Positions 23,390 through 36,724 of a stretch of 64,000 nt of DNA are shown here, in pieces. The position numbers were made by a program, and so were the translations under genes. Position 1 is the first letter of the stretch. The number at the start of each line of letters is the position of its first letter. Under the pieces are notes generated by a model that did no database searches, had not been told where the DNA came from, and saw nothing but the letters and a program-made list of their open reading frames with translations. The stretch comes from Epiperipatus broadwayi (Eukaryota > Animalia > Onychophora), in the NCBI GenBank assembly GCA_028023455.1, contig JAQFVV010000005.1, positions 18,476,001 through 18,540,000 on the forward strand, given 5' to 3'.

Positions 23390-26300
23390 ATATTATCACA
23401 AGAAATATTGCTGGGTTTTTTCATATTCATCTATTTGAAATGGCACACCATCCTTTCATATACTTCCACCAGAAATCCAAAGACAAATAAATTACTTGAT
23501 AGCAAATGCACAAGTAGTTAGTAGATCAGATTTATTTTAAACTTAAGATACAAATTTATTACCTAAGACATGCCTCAAATCAAGTTTTCTTTGATTGGTT
23601 TCTTAACCAGGAATTCCTTCATAAAACCAAAAAATTATGGCTTAAAAAAAATCTACATATAAAGAATTTAACTCCCAAGTACTTACATCTCTTAGTGGAG
23701 ATAGTTTTTTCCCTCCAGATGCCTTCTCATTCTATACCTGAAGACACACATCCTTGATTGACCTGTTATTGTTTTCCCTTGAACTTCAATTGATCATCAC
23801 CCCGTTATTTGAACTGGTACTATTCTCATACCACTTTGCACTCACCATTAGACTGAGCATTAACTTCAATACTCAATCAACTCCAAAATTTAATAACACA
23901 CTCAGATTGCTTCAAAAAAATACCACACCAGAAGCTGAAATCTCAGAATCCTACATATATTTTCAACAAACCAATATACTCACTCTACACCCAGTGGAAG
24001 CTTGGTTTGCCTTTATCAATATACTGAAAGACATTATCAAACACTTCACTTATAATAACAAAGTGCCACCATCCATTCTTAAAGAGATGGAAGCCATAAA
24101 CAATTTTCTCAAATCCCTTCCTTGCAACTCCACCACCATTAATTCAATACTTGAGTTAAAACAACAATATAAAAACAAACAAATTATACTGTCTGAAAAT
24201 CTCTCTATTAAAAGATCCAAAATTTATCCTTTCCAGCCCCATTGCTGGTCCAGTGGCTACATTAGATGGGCTCTTGGATATAGGGGGAAAAAACTGTACC
24301 CTCATCTATCATGATAAATAATAAACTTTTCACAGATGCTAACATGCTGCATGAGACTTATAAATACTTCAAAACTAAGCTAACATCCAACACACCCATA
24401 CAATGCTATGCAATAGACCAAGTAGGCTCTACTGAATCTATGGATATCTCAGAAATGGATATACTAAATAAACTTAGATCCTTCCCAGACAAGGTCCACT
24501 CTGGACCACATGCCATCCTGAGATTCCTTCTGTTGCAACTCTCCAGATTCTCTGTACCCATTATATTTAACATGACCAAATTCCTATATATCAACTCTTA
24601 GAAAATTGATGGTTCGTACCCTATTTCACTGGTCCCTTTTTTTAAGAAGAACCTTCTTTCCTCCCCCAATTGATAACCTCAGACCCATCTCTATGACTCC
24701 CATCATGATTAAGGTGATTGAATCAGTAATTAAGGACAAAATACAGGGAAAAATTCTTTCACCAATCTCAGAATTCCCGTTTTTTAAAAAAGGAGCCTCA
24801 ACAGGTCATGCTATCAACCTTTTCCATATCATCCATGATCACATCAGAACTAACAGAAAAACTTGCCCTACAGTTGTTCAGCTTGACATTGCTGGTGCTT
24901 TTGACAATGTAAAATCCAATGTTTTTCTTGAAATTCTGGGTAAATATGAAGTTAAAACAGGCATAAGAAGTGGTGGTCATGTGATAAATATGAAGTTCTG
25001 AAAGAATTAATCAATATTATTGCCAACTTATTCTACAATAGAGAGATCTTTATTACCCTCAATTGGAAAATTGTGCCTAGCTTTAAGCCCTACAATTCCA
25101 TTCCCCACGGCTCCCCATTTAGTGCCCTTCTCTTCACTATATATCAACCCTCTTCTTAAAAGTATAGAAAAAATCTTCCTGTCATTTACATACCGATAAT
25201 TAACAAATCTACTCATCATATTACTTATATGGAAGACATCAATCTTTCTCCCCTTAAAAAAATTCATTCCCAAATTAGCTTCAATTTTGCAAAATTACAC
25301 CACTCAATTTGAACTCCATTTTAATTTGGATCAACCCTCTGTCTGGAGAATTAATACAGGCACTAATATAGCCTCCCAGTTTACAGATAAACCTCAAAAT
25401 TTTCTTGGATTTCCGATATTCAAATCCCATTTGGATATGAGAAAATCTATTCAAGAGATGGTTTTCAATGTAACACAGAAAACTACTATTGCTCTCTCCA
25501 AAGTCTATATGTCAATTCATGCCAAAATCTCCTTAATTAACATTCAAATATTTCCTAGAATTAACTATTATATACCAGTCATCAATTTCACTAACAACTT
25601 TATTTAAAAAATTAACTCTTTATGTTCCAAGCTTATCTGGAATAAAAAAATTGTAGCCATCAGCTTAAGAAATCTAGAAAAGCATTCTAAGTTTAATCTT
25701 TCAATATTGTATATAATCTCAAAACAAATTATCCTAATGCCATGTTTTTTACCTAAATTATCCCTACTGATTGGCCTCCACCAAAAAAGAATGATTGGCT
25801 AACATCTATAATCTCAATTAATAAAAATGTAAACATAGTGGACCACACATTTACGAAGAAGATCAATTTCTGGGAGGCATACTAACCTCATCCATATTAA
25901 TAGCACTCCAAATCTCACTATGCTTAACATTAGCAACAATATTATCATCAGATATTTTCAGGTACTGGCATCTGGAGCTAAAATATATGGATTTTATCTT
26001 AAAGATTAACTTAGACGCTCTACCTACAAACCATTTTCTCTCTTACAGAAGAGGAATTGCAAAAATAAATTCTACTTTCCAGCTCTGTCTTAATGGAAAT
26101 GAAACTGTCAATCATCTGTTTTCACAGTGTCAAGCACTTCAAATTCACAGGAATACGATCCTTGCAATATCCAAAATGAAGAAGCATACACCATTACTTC
26201 TAATTGACATTGAATTAAAAGTGGCTACCTTATTATTTACAATCTGGTTCATCAGATGCAAATTAACATTCAATACTTTGATTATTAACAACCATGAAGT

Positions 26301-26460
26301 TTTCTTATCCTTAATGTACAAAATTAAAGAGATAGAAAAATTGCCCCCGACATATTTACGGCTACCTGGAGCCTAATCTCTCTTCCCAACAGGCCTTTGA
26401 TCTGAAGAAACAACTGTATCATAGGTATTCAAAAAACAATTTATTTATTAATAATAATTT
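23390..26460 (+). pseudogene. L1/Tx1-type LINE ORF2 (APE-RT-zinc knuckle), multiply frameshifted, no ORF1 seen
   Basis: IITRNIAGF, SGDSF, IDLLL..SYHFAL (APE); NLRPISM, LDIAGAFDNV, IPHGSPFSALLF (RT); AKISLINIQIFPRINY, KLIWNKK; C..NETVNHLFSQC. Confidence 0.75.
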
Positions 26461-26484
26461 ATATTTGTTTTAATAATTGAACTG

Positions 26485-26586
26485 CTTTTTTTTCCTCATG
26501 TGTCAAAGCATCGGCCGGGAAGCGAACCCGCGACAACTGCTTGTAAGGCGGCTGTGCTGACCACTCGACCACCAACGCTTGACAAG
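26485..26586 (-). mobile_element. tRNA-Val(TAC)-derived SINE, second copy
   Basis: 72-nt cloverleaf 26507-26578, flanked by TGTCAA/TTGACA. A-rich tail. TSD tgaactg at 26478-26484 / 26587-26593. Confidence 0.75.
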
Positions 26587-27036
26587 TGAACTGTTTTTAT
26601 TGGGGAAAAAATGCTTTTTTCGTGATTTTATTTAATATATTCTTGTAGACATAAATGAAAAAATAAATCTCGACATTTTATTTATTAAAAAAAAAAAAAA
26701 ATCTTCCTGTAAGGTCCAAAAAAAATTATTTTTCTAATTTAACAGTAAGGCAAAGCTAATTCATTTTCCTAAATGTTTCTGGACTCTTGTCAATAAATTC
26801 TTGACTACCCATGATTACTGTATATTGGCATCAAAAACGAAATTTAACCCCCACCGATTTATGTAATTTCTGATTTATATAGTTGTGATCAAAGACAAAC
26901 TATAACCCACATAGTTAATGACTGCAAATCTACATATGGTAACCAAATTGAAGGAGTTAATAAAGATACTCATTAACCTATTGTTTATTAGTTTTAATTT
27001 CTCCAACAAATTATAAATCACATATAGTTAATGATT

Positions 27037-27323
27037 ATGTAAATTAATACACTGTACAGACTTACACACATGCACATATATAATGTAATATAAGGGATTC
27101 GAACTCAGACTTTCACGCAACCCTCAACTCTCCATGCCATGCCATCCCATATTGCTTACCCACCTGATTTATTTTTTCAACATGTGTATGAATCAAGTGA
27201 GGCAGCAATATGAGATGGCATGGAGAGTTTAGGGTTGTGTAAAAGTCTGAGTTTGAATCGCTAATCTTTGAATGTAATACAATTGTACGCATAGCGTCAT
27301 ATAAAAATAAATGCTTATTTACT
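27037..27323. mobile_element. Foldback element sharing the family 3 3' tail
   Basis: Inverted arms 27096-27259. Tail aatcgctaatctttgaatgtaatacaatt..catagcgtcatataaaaataaatgcttattta matches 30730-30788. Direct repeat tatagttaatgatt at 27023-27036 / 27324-27337. Confidence 0.7.
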
Positions 27324-28237
27324 TATAGTTAATGATTGTAAGTCAACTACAAAGAAATTAATAAAGATACTCAATAATCTGTTCTCTGGTTTTAATTTCT
27401 CTAGTTTTACTATTGCCTATAAAAAAATCTACAGCTAAAATAACTAAATAAACCAATCGCAGAGTTCATATTTGCAAAAGCAAGAAGAAAACCAATTGCC
27501 TTTGCCTCCTCTTGAATATGCCTCTGGGTATCTTGCCAAAAAACTTCTCATAAAAACGACCTTGATTTTCTATAGATCACTTGACAGATATATATTTTAT
27601 TTTTAGTATAGTTATTTACTTGAAGTATTTGAAAAATGATCCTTTGGGAACAGGAATCTTTCTACTGATAATGTCAAATCGTTAATAATTCTCGATAGAG
27701 AAAATTAATAGTCAGATTATTAAAATCATTTCTCGTTAATCAATTAAATGAATAATTAAATATACCTAAGCAATTAATATTTCATTTGCACTAAGCATAA
27801 TAAAAACAAGTCTAGAATTTTAATTTGTTTTCAGTTTTTTTATAAAGCTTTTTGTTTTATTTTCAAATCTTTTTTTTTTTTTTTAAAAAAAAAAAAAGCT
27901 TATAGTTTGATAATTTGAAAAATTATGAGCTTGAATAAACTTCAAATATTAACCACACCTAAATTTTTGTAATGGAATCATTAATATTTGTAATGGGATT
28001 AGGAATTATGTATAAATAGAAACAAAATGGTAAATATTTTTTATACCTGAAATGTATATGTATTACATATACACAAACGCATATTGTCATTATTGTGTCA
28101 TCTAATATCATATTCCACAAGAAGCTCAAATACATAGTATACTAAAGTTCTTATTTACAGAGTCTTTGGGCAAAAGGCCTATTCCTACAAACTTCTGATT
28201 TCATCTAAAGAAAGGACATCTGCCTTTAAATCATATA

Positions 28238-28540
28238 TCATCATCATAAGCTTCTTTATTTAAGAACAAACTATTTTACATTACGTCACACACACATATA
28301 TATATATATGTAATAATTAGAAAATTATCATCATCATCATAAGCTTCTTTATTCAAGACCAAACTATTTTACATTACATCATACATGTATATATGGAAAA
28401 TCAAAATAGTCTGGCTCTGAAGAAGACTGCAGGTCAGTCGAAACGTAGGTGACTGTGAATGTACAAATAAAGAGTTTTGCTAAAAAGTGTTTGAAGTTTG
28501 GACAAATTATATTTATATATATGTAATAATTAGAAAATTT
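28238..28540. repeat. Local tandem duplication (A-B-A'-X-B') with a PLE 3' end (X) in a TA microsatellite
   Basis: atcatcatcataagcttctttatt.aaga.caaactattttacattac occurs twice, and atatatatgtaataattagaaaatt occurs twice. Confidence 0.75.
28408..28454 (+). ncRNA. Minimal hammerhead motif of PLE type
   Basis: CTGAAGA-A-GACTG-caggt-CAGTC-GAAA-CGT-A. Intact core, 5-bp stem II, palindromic ACGT stem III, imperfect stem I (AGTC..GCT / GGT-GACT). AATAAA follows. Confidence 0.65.
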
Positions 28541-28566
28541 TCACGGGACTTTATACATATATATAT

Positions 28567-28778
28567 ATATTGAAAGTATAATGAGATTTTTCATGTATTT
28601 ATCTTGGTAAACTTCAGCCTCGATATAATTAGGCAAACAACTAATTAAAACAGAACATTTCCATGTGGTGTTTACCTTGATAAACTTCAGTTATAATATA
28701 ATTGTTTGTTTGCTTGATTACATCATAACTGAGATTTATCTAGATAAATATGAGAAATCCTTGTTATAATTTCAATAT
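28567..28778. repeat. Degenerate foldback element with internal direct repeat
   Basis: Arms 28567-28617 / 28729-28778. Internal repeat (g/t)taaacttcag..ataatt. Confidence 0.6.
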
Positions 28779-29175
28779 TTACATATTTATACATAAAATG
28801 TATATGTGCTGTGATAAATATTGTTTTGGCTTGTAAATTGTATTTTAAATTATAATTATAATTTTTTTAATATTCTTCAATTTTAAATTAATATTAATCT
28901 CTTAATTCAATTTTTTTGAAAAATATCAGCTTTCATTAGGCTTGCGTTTTATTGTTAAATATAATTTAAAATATGCTTTTTATTTAGATCTATAAAAAGT
29001 TACAATCAATAAATAGAACAAAAAATAATAGTAATAAAAAGATTTATTACATTCACCAAAAAATTTATGAATGAATTTGTAATTTATAGATAAAAAAGTT
29101 TATTAACACACTTTACTCACTAGAATCAGTCCTGGAGTATTTAATTATGTAATACCGACAGCAGTTTTCACTTAC

Positions 29176-29307
29176 CATCAAATTATTTATGAAAGAATCG
29201 GTTATATAAATATAAATAATAAATGGATTCCAAATAGTATTAGCAAACTCATCACCAGGCAAGTTTTCAACTTCCTCAATAGAAAAAGCAGTTTTCACCA
29301 CAATCAT
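29176..29307 (-). other. Possible 132-nt in-frame exon of unknown gene
   Basis: ttgacAG|ATG...TTG ATG|GTAAGT, 44 open codons. Weak polypyrimidine tract; no recognisable homology. Confidence 0.25.
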
Positions 29308-30066
29308 CTGTCAATCACTCTTTTTAATATCATTCAAGCCCTAAAGTTTTAATAAGGTCATAGCCCATACACCTGTCTAGCTTATAAAAGCTTGATATAT
29401 TATAAAGTTAAGCATTTAAATAAATTATTTTTTTACAAAAATAATAATATTGACTACCTAAATATGCTCTTTGTTACCCTAATTTGTTTCTAAAATAAAA
29501 TTTAGACACAATCTTACTAAAGTTTTCGATCTGATAATTTAAAGAATGTATGCAAGATTAAATATTTATGAATATTTAACATTTAAAAAATTAATACTTC
29601 TGTCATAAATTCATAATCCTTGTTTTAATGCCTTGAATGGTTAGAGCAATCATAGAATGGACTTAGTCTGAATGTTCCTGGATTGCAACGCAGTTGTTTC
29701 TTACCCAGAGTTTGAACACTACATGACCTTCTGAGTGATGAACAATTCAATTATATTTACATTATTGTTTGAAAATAGAAAATCATGTATATCATAAATA
29801 TTATTTTGGAATAAAGTGTTTAACTAAATGCTATAATTTTTTATATTATGAGTTGGATAATATTGATAACAATCTTGATGTTATATTTTTTAAATTGTGA
29901 ACCTTATTATCAGTTGGATTTCTGCTTGCTTAATAGCAACATAATATTTAAATTTACATAAAAAATAAATAATTAAATACTGCCAATTGCTATACTAGTA
30001 ATTACAAATAAGATCGAAAATAATATAACATTGCAATACTAACCAAAAAACAACAATATAATTTTA

Positions 30067-30788
30067 ATACATTAAAGATCAGCCTTTTCAAGCTATTGTG
30101 CGTGCGCTTTTTACGAGTGTTAATAATAAATGAATACTTTCACTCCAAACACAAGATATAGTATTTAGAAAAGAATAAAATGAATCCACTTATTCTTTCC
30201 AACCCAATGCTTATATATGGGCAAATTTTAAGTACTGGAAGTGAAAGTGTGAGGATAGACCACTCACTTTAAATTACTGTTTACAATGTCTGAATGAATG
30301 ACGTTGATGAAATTATCTAGAATTTACTAAACATCACTCTCAAAATGAAACTTAAACATATGTAAAAAAGCATTTATTTTTATAGCGCTATGCATTTAAT
30401 GTATTACAATTTATAAAACATAGTGCTATAAAAATATATGCTTATTTACATATGTTTAAGTTTCATTTCAGAGTGACGTTTAGTAAATTCTAGATAATTT
30501 CGTCGACGTCATTCATTCAGACATCGTAAACAGTAATTTAAAGTGAGTGGTCTATCCTCATGATTTCACTTCCAGTACTTAAGATTTGCCCATATATAAG
30601 CATTTGGGTCCGAAAGAATAAGTGGATTCATTTTATTCTTTCCTAAATACTATATCTTGGGTTGGGAGTGAAAGTATTCATTTATTGTTAACACTCATAA
30701 AAAGCGCACACACAATAGCTTGAAAAGGCTGATCTTTAATGTATTACAATTTATAAAACATAGCGCTATAAAAATAAATGCTTATTTA
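30067..30788. mobile_element. Family 3 foldback element: inverted arm plus 340-nt terminally redundant unit
   Basis: 30067-30393 is inverted at about 30418-30744. tttaatgtattacaatttataaaacatag at 30395 and 30735. TSD aatataatttta at 30055-30066 / 30789-30800. Confidence 0.88.
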
Positions 30789-32709
30789 AATATAATTTTA
30801 CTAAAATTCTTCCACAACTATGGTTTTATCTATTAACAAATAGACCTTTTCAAGTGAAATTTAACAAGATAATACAACATATATATATATATACAAAACA
30901 AAATAGCCTTCCCATCATTCACTTCAAAAAACAATTTCCTTTAACATCAAAGGATGTCTGTTTCATAAAAACAAATAGAATACGATGCAAATTACTAACT
31001 TTGATTATCATTGTTTTTTTAATTAAAAAATAATGATAAATTTTGAATTTAGTATTGGTAGAGGTAAGTCACATGATGACTGCATCACATTACATATGCA
31101 TCATTGATTTCCAATAAATCCATCAGTATTTATTCAATCAACCTTGACAGCTCTTTATTCTCCAGCTAAAAATAATTAGATACCCATTTACTGATTGACT
31201 GTGAAGTGGCTATTTGATAAATCCTAAAATCGTCAGTTACCTAAAAAAAAAAATCCAACTCACCCAAATTTAAACCTGGCTCAAAGGCAATATAGGCTCA
31301 TGCTCTAGCCACTGCACTATAGTAAACATTTGTAAAAAATAAAACCTGATCCCAATGATTGTTTTAATCAACAATACATATTGTATTAAATTATAATTAC
31401 ATTAATACTGTCAATAGATTCACTCTCATCTGATTGTTAATTTTTAGACTTTTGCATTTAATATAGTAATTTATCATATACGTATCTATATAAAGTAAAA
31501 CTACTGAGTAAATATTAAGAATCCATGAACAAATCCTCAGATTAGTTTCTGGCTATTAGCAGGAGCATTAGTTTGCATATATCCATCCAGCAACCATATT
31601 CACCTATTTACTATTTCAACGCCATAAAATTTTGAATCCAAACCAACTTGCTTATTTATTATATAGGATCTGAAACTAAATTAGAAATTACATGTTTTGA
31701 TAGTTACTGAAGCAAACTACAAACTCTTAAAATCAATAGACACACTACCCTAACCCTTTTCACCCAAGAACTGGCTGGTATTATTCACTAATGACACTAT
31801 TTAATCAGTTTTATCTAGATAGCTCTAATCTAGATATGGAGTGAATTACTGCATGTAAGCTATAAAAATTGTATGATGCTTTATAGATTTGGTACAATGT
31901 TGGTATTTATTCATCTTTCAGCTAAGAATAGTGATGTCCTCATATAATATCAAAAACTAGATTGCTTGTTAGGCTGATTTGGGGCTGGTTATTTAAAAAT
32001 ATTCTAAGTTTGTTGATAAAATATCTAAGCCCTACACAGATTATAATAGTCAAATGGTTTATTGCCTCAAATATCAGAAGTTTGAGCATTGGAATAATCT
32101 TGAAGCTTGAGTTCCATAGTCTACCACTTTATCATTGCACTAAATTATGCATAAATTTAAAGTCCAAAGACAAGAAAGCAAATATACTATCACTATACCC
32201 AAACAACTTTCATTTATTTAATTATATAACTGATAATGATTTTTTGGAATCAATAACCTTGCAGTGCATCGGTTATTAATTCATACATATGATAGAAAAC
32301 AACAAGTTATATGTAAGTAATATGATAATCATTTCTTATTATTTGAGTATATCTCACTGCTATGGAATCTCTAGAGTCAACAAATCTATTTTGCAGCAGA
32401 TCTTTTAACATTTGTATAAATGTTGAATGAAAATCAATGGCAAACTAACCACAGATGGTACTCAAGTGTTTGTTATTGACTTATCCCTATACTAGAAGAC
32501 TCTTAGTGGTCAATAAACCTACTAATAATCATTAATTAAATGATCACAACAGTATCTTTTGCAAAAATACAACTCAATGGTAACAAAATCTGCTTCTCAA
32601 CTGAGATTTTAATATTCATGGAAGATATAGATAAAATGCAATTGAATCAATTCTTAGCACTTTTATCTGTATTAGAAGATTTTTTGGAGTCAAAAAACAT
32701 GTTTTAAAA

Positions 32710-32982
32710 CATCATCATCAACCATTATCAATCCACTGCAGGATGAAGGTCTCTCCAAGTTTAATTCATCTTCTCCGATCTTTAGATTTTCTTCTCCACA
32801 TCACCCCTGCACACTTTCTTATTTCATCCATCCATCTCACATGTGGTTTCTTTCTGGGTCTTTTAGAATCTCTTGGAATCCAGTTTAAGATTTCAATTGT
32901 CCATCTATTATCATCTCTTCTAGCAATATGTCCAGCCCAACTCCACTTCAATCTTTTAATTTTTTCAGTGAGGTCAGTAACA
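32710..32982 (-). mobile_element. RTE LINE 3' end, heavily 5'-truncated
   Basis: KWSWAGHIARRDDNRWTIEIL and (TGA)n tail. Same family as 19527. Confidence 0.9.
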
Positions 32983-34074
32983 TATCATTTAATATATACA
33001 TGTAGTAAAATATTTTTTTCTCCCCATTTTAAAAAATTGCTAATTTAAACATATTTTGAACAAATTTTCCTTTAGTTTAAAAGATGTAATCTATTACAAC
33101 TATAAATCATCTCGGTTCCTCTTCATTTTTTCCTCCACTGATATTATTCCACCACACACCAGCTGTAAAACTGAAATGCTCAAATATTGAGCTGTTTATT
33201 GTTTCACTTCTTTGACAAGCTATTGATTTAATTTTTTGACATAAAGCTATATTTCATAAATAAAATTCTCTTACAAAACAATTTTGTAAAAATGTTAAAG
33301 AAAAAAAAATATGAGAACAAATTTGTCTCATGTGTCGTTTTTATTATCTTTCGAGTTTAAAATTCAGCAACCCCTTAAAAAAGACATAATCAAAATCAAC
33401 CCATGGTAGTTATTTAACATAAGCATTTGATCGTATCCTCTAAACATCAGAGTTCATTAAAATTTATAATTTCACTCTAAAAACATACTAGATAAATTAT
33501 GTGTAAGAGAAAAGTTAAACAAGTAACTGGAGTAAGCTGAGTTTCAATCCGACAACTTTTAAATTTAAGATTTAACTCTAAAAAAAGATGTAGTGTATTT
33601 TAGAAGAAATAAATAAATAGTTTAGGAGGACATGTAATAAATTTGCTTTTGAATATGCCACTCTAAACAGCCCAGATTTGTTAAAAAGTTTAATGTAAAA
33701 CAATGATAAACCATTTATATATTTAGCATGCAGATTATTTTTAGGCAACTTAATTATCAGCAAAATATTATAAAGGGACTAGTAGAGATTCCAAAAAAAG
33801 GATGGAATTGCTAATGGTTTTATTAAGTCTTTCAATTTTGCTACAATAATCTAGATTCAACAGTTATTAATTATGTGATTCATGATATGACCATGGTGGT
33901 TAAATCCCATTAATGAAACAAATGAGCACACTGACTGGTCTTGAATCTTTTGAAACAACTCTCATAATATTTAGGAAAATCAAATCCAGGTGGCTGCTTT
34001 ACTGTTAAAAAACAAAAAATACTTAATTGTAATTATTAATTAGAGAAAATATAACTTACTATTAAAAATTTATC

Positions 34075-34115
34075 GGCTGAACGTTTTCGAGGAACCATGC
34101 CTCATACTCATAGCC
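34075..34115 (-). ncRNA. Minimal type I hammerhead ribozyme, A3-U8 core variant
   Basis: GGCT-ATGAGTA-T-GAGG-catggtt-CCTC-GAAA-ACGT-TC-AGCC. All three stems are consistent; stem III is the palindrome AACGTT. Confidence 0.72.
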
Positions 34116-34454
34116 TTCATGAAAAGTGTAATAAATATAGGCAAATGTAAATATTCAAATAAGCTACTGTTACGTAGCCCATTTTTTCGAGATCTCGAAG
34201 CATGTGTCCTTTCTGTTAATGGCATGGATGTCTCTATTAATATAGAATGCCTCCTTTATTTTTCTCCTGTAATCATTTGGCTCTGAACATAAAATAATGG
34301 GGTTGGCAGGTATGAAGTTGTGCCCAGATCTGAAAAAAAAAATTGTTTGGAATTTCATAACAAGTTTAATTTTACGCCATAATTCTGTAACTGCAGATTC
34401 TTGGTTGAATATCCAAAATGAGGATCTTGGTTTGAGATGAGTTGGCAAAACCAT
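34075..34454 (-). mobile_element. PLE 3' relic: GIY-YIG C-terminus followed by hammerhead
   Basis: SGHNFIPANPIILCSEPNDYRRKIKEAFYINRDIHAINRKD, then HHR about 55 nt downstream of the stop. Confidence 0.8.
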
Positions 34455-34761
34455 GTTTTGATTACTGACAATTCAAATCTATTTGGCATCATTGATGATG
34501 ATCATGTGTTTTTATTTTGGTAGAAGCATCTTATTGCCAATATTAAATGTATTTATTTTGAAAAACAAATAATAAAAAAATAAATAGTGTATTTTGAAAA
34601 AAAAAATAAATAAATAATGAAAGTAATTTTCCAATAAAGATAGAGACTAATATGTTCCCACTTCTGGTCAAATGAGTTAGGTCAATTATGAAGACCAAGC
34701 AGTAGATAGAACATGGATATATATATAGAACATTTTTAATAATTAATTATTAGCTGGAATA

Positions 34762-35026
34762 ATGGATATGCAACCACATCTGATTCCATATACATGACAT
34801 TTGCTTTTTATGAAACATGCATGAAAAGATGTTGTTTTGGTATTCAGAGTTCAACTTGATGTTTACTACCACATTGTCAAACACCTTATGGATATGCAGT
34901 CATATCTGATACCATACACATGATACACATGACATTTGCTTTTTATGCAACATGCATGAAAAGAATGTTGTTTTGGTATTCCAAGTTCAACTTAAGAAGT
35001 AACGATGTTTACTACTACATTGTCAA
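34762..35026. repeat. About 126-bp tandem duplication
   Basis: ggatatgca..catgacatttgctttttatg.aacatgcatgaaaag..gatgtttactac.acattgtcaaa starts at 34764 and 34890. Confidence 0.85.
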
Positions 35027-36724
35027 AAAAATTGTAAAAATATGTTAAAGATGATAATTTCACAAAATTCTTTCAATATAATGGATAAAATTAATTATAG
35101 AGTTAAACTTGGATAGTTTGCTTTTGGAAGAAATAGTATAAAAAGCATAATTATTTTTAAAAGATTTTCTAATAAACGTTTTTTATCTATTCTTATATAT
35201 ATATATGATTAATAGAAAAATAATACATCATGAAAAGATCTTTGTTAAGCATAACAAAGACGGATTGGAGTATAAAATACATAGGTAAGAAAACAAGCAG
35301 GTACTATTGAGAAGCTAAAAAAAAAGAGATAGATAAATTTCTAAAAAAAAAAAGTGGTAGTATATGGATAATTGAAGCCTTAAACTGAATTCTGAAAGAT
35401 TATAAAAGACCCAACAAAAAAACACATTGTATTGGATGGGTTAAATAAGAATATTAATTTGAAGTGGTGTGAAAAAAATAAAGTTATGGATAAAAAAATC
35501 TGAATTTATAAAGTTTGAGAATAATGATGACAATATTCAAAATGCCGTATTTTAAAAAGATTTAAAAAAATATGTAATATTTTCACAATGATGAAATGGA
35601 TTTAAGAAGATAAATTGTGAGCTCAGCATCCACAGTCCCTTCCATCCATAGAATCAGTTTATTATCCCTTATCTGAGCAATCCAATTATTATGTAATGTT
35701 TGATGTTCTGCTAAATATATTAAGTTAACTATTTACTGATTAGTGCTGTATTAAATGTCTATCTGAAAAAAATCCCGAAATACCTTAAAAAGCAAAAGCT
35801 AACTGAAAAAGTCCACCAATTTCCATCCAAATGGGAACATTAGGCACAATATGACAAGTTAACATATTAATGCTAAAACCCCTCCCTCTTCAAGTGAATC
35901 AGAAATTTCTAATTTCTAAACTCATTATGTTGAAGCATTTTTAACAATCATTTCTTGAGTTTAAACCATTTGATATTAATAATCTACTACCTGAGATAAT
36001 ATTGATTATGTCACTTCCTATTGGCAATTATGTTTACTTTGCGTCACAATAGTAAAGCGTAATGTACGCTTATCAAGTATACTAATAGATAAAAATTAAG
36101 CTGGTTGCTCATCTTCATATTCAGATTTGGAATGGTAGTCACTGCTATCCATTCCTGATAGTTCTCTTGATCCAATTAGAAATATTTTGTCAATTTTTTA
36201 AAGACTCTTTTAATAGCAACTTTATATCCAATGTAGCTCTTAAGATAGGAAGCATTCTTAAACTTACTCTTCTCATTGCATCTTCTTTTGACTGTGGTGT
36301 AAAAGATTGGTCCACTATTAATTTTATTTTACAGATTTCTGACGACAATCACTAGTTTTCAAAATGTTTAAAACTATCTGACAGATGTTTTTTTCATAAA
36401 AGTCACAAAAAAATTGTAACTCATAAATGAAACTCAATTCATCATTATTTTCAATTATTACCTAGTTGCAGAATGAAAATCTTTATGAGTTTAATTCAGT
36501 TTCTCTTATTGATAGCTTTCTTTCTCACATTACTCCAAAAACTTCTTTATATCACACATTTATCTACACTAGACTCTTTATAAGTCTTTGCTTTTGATGT
36601 ATTGGAAAATAAGAAATATCTCAAAGAGTCAGGAGATGTTACAAGAGCTATTAAATAAAAGCAAACAAGTAGAACTAAAGACTAATGTTCAGTGCAAAAA
36701 AGTTAACAACTATAAATACTTTGC

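Noticed and set aside
26507-26578. Functional tRNA-Val gene
   Set aside because: D-stem and T-stem mismatches, C58, A-rich tail with TSD and no T-run terminator. Better explained as a SINE or pseudogene.
30575-30630. Canonical hammerhead in family 3
   Set aside because: The core reads CTTAAGA or CTTAAAA in all arms (also 59.6 kb), and stems I and III cannot be formed. Relic at best.
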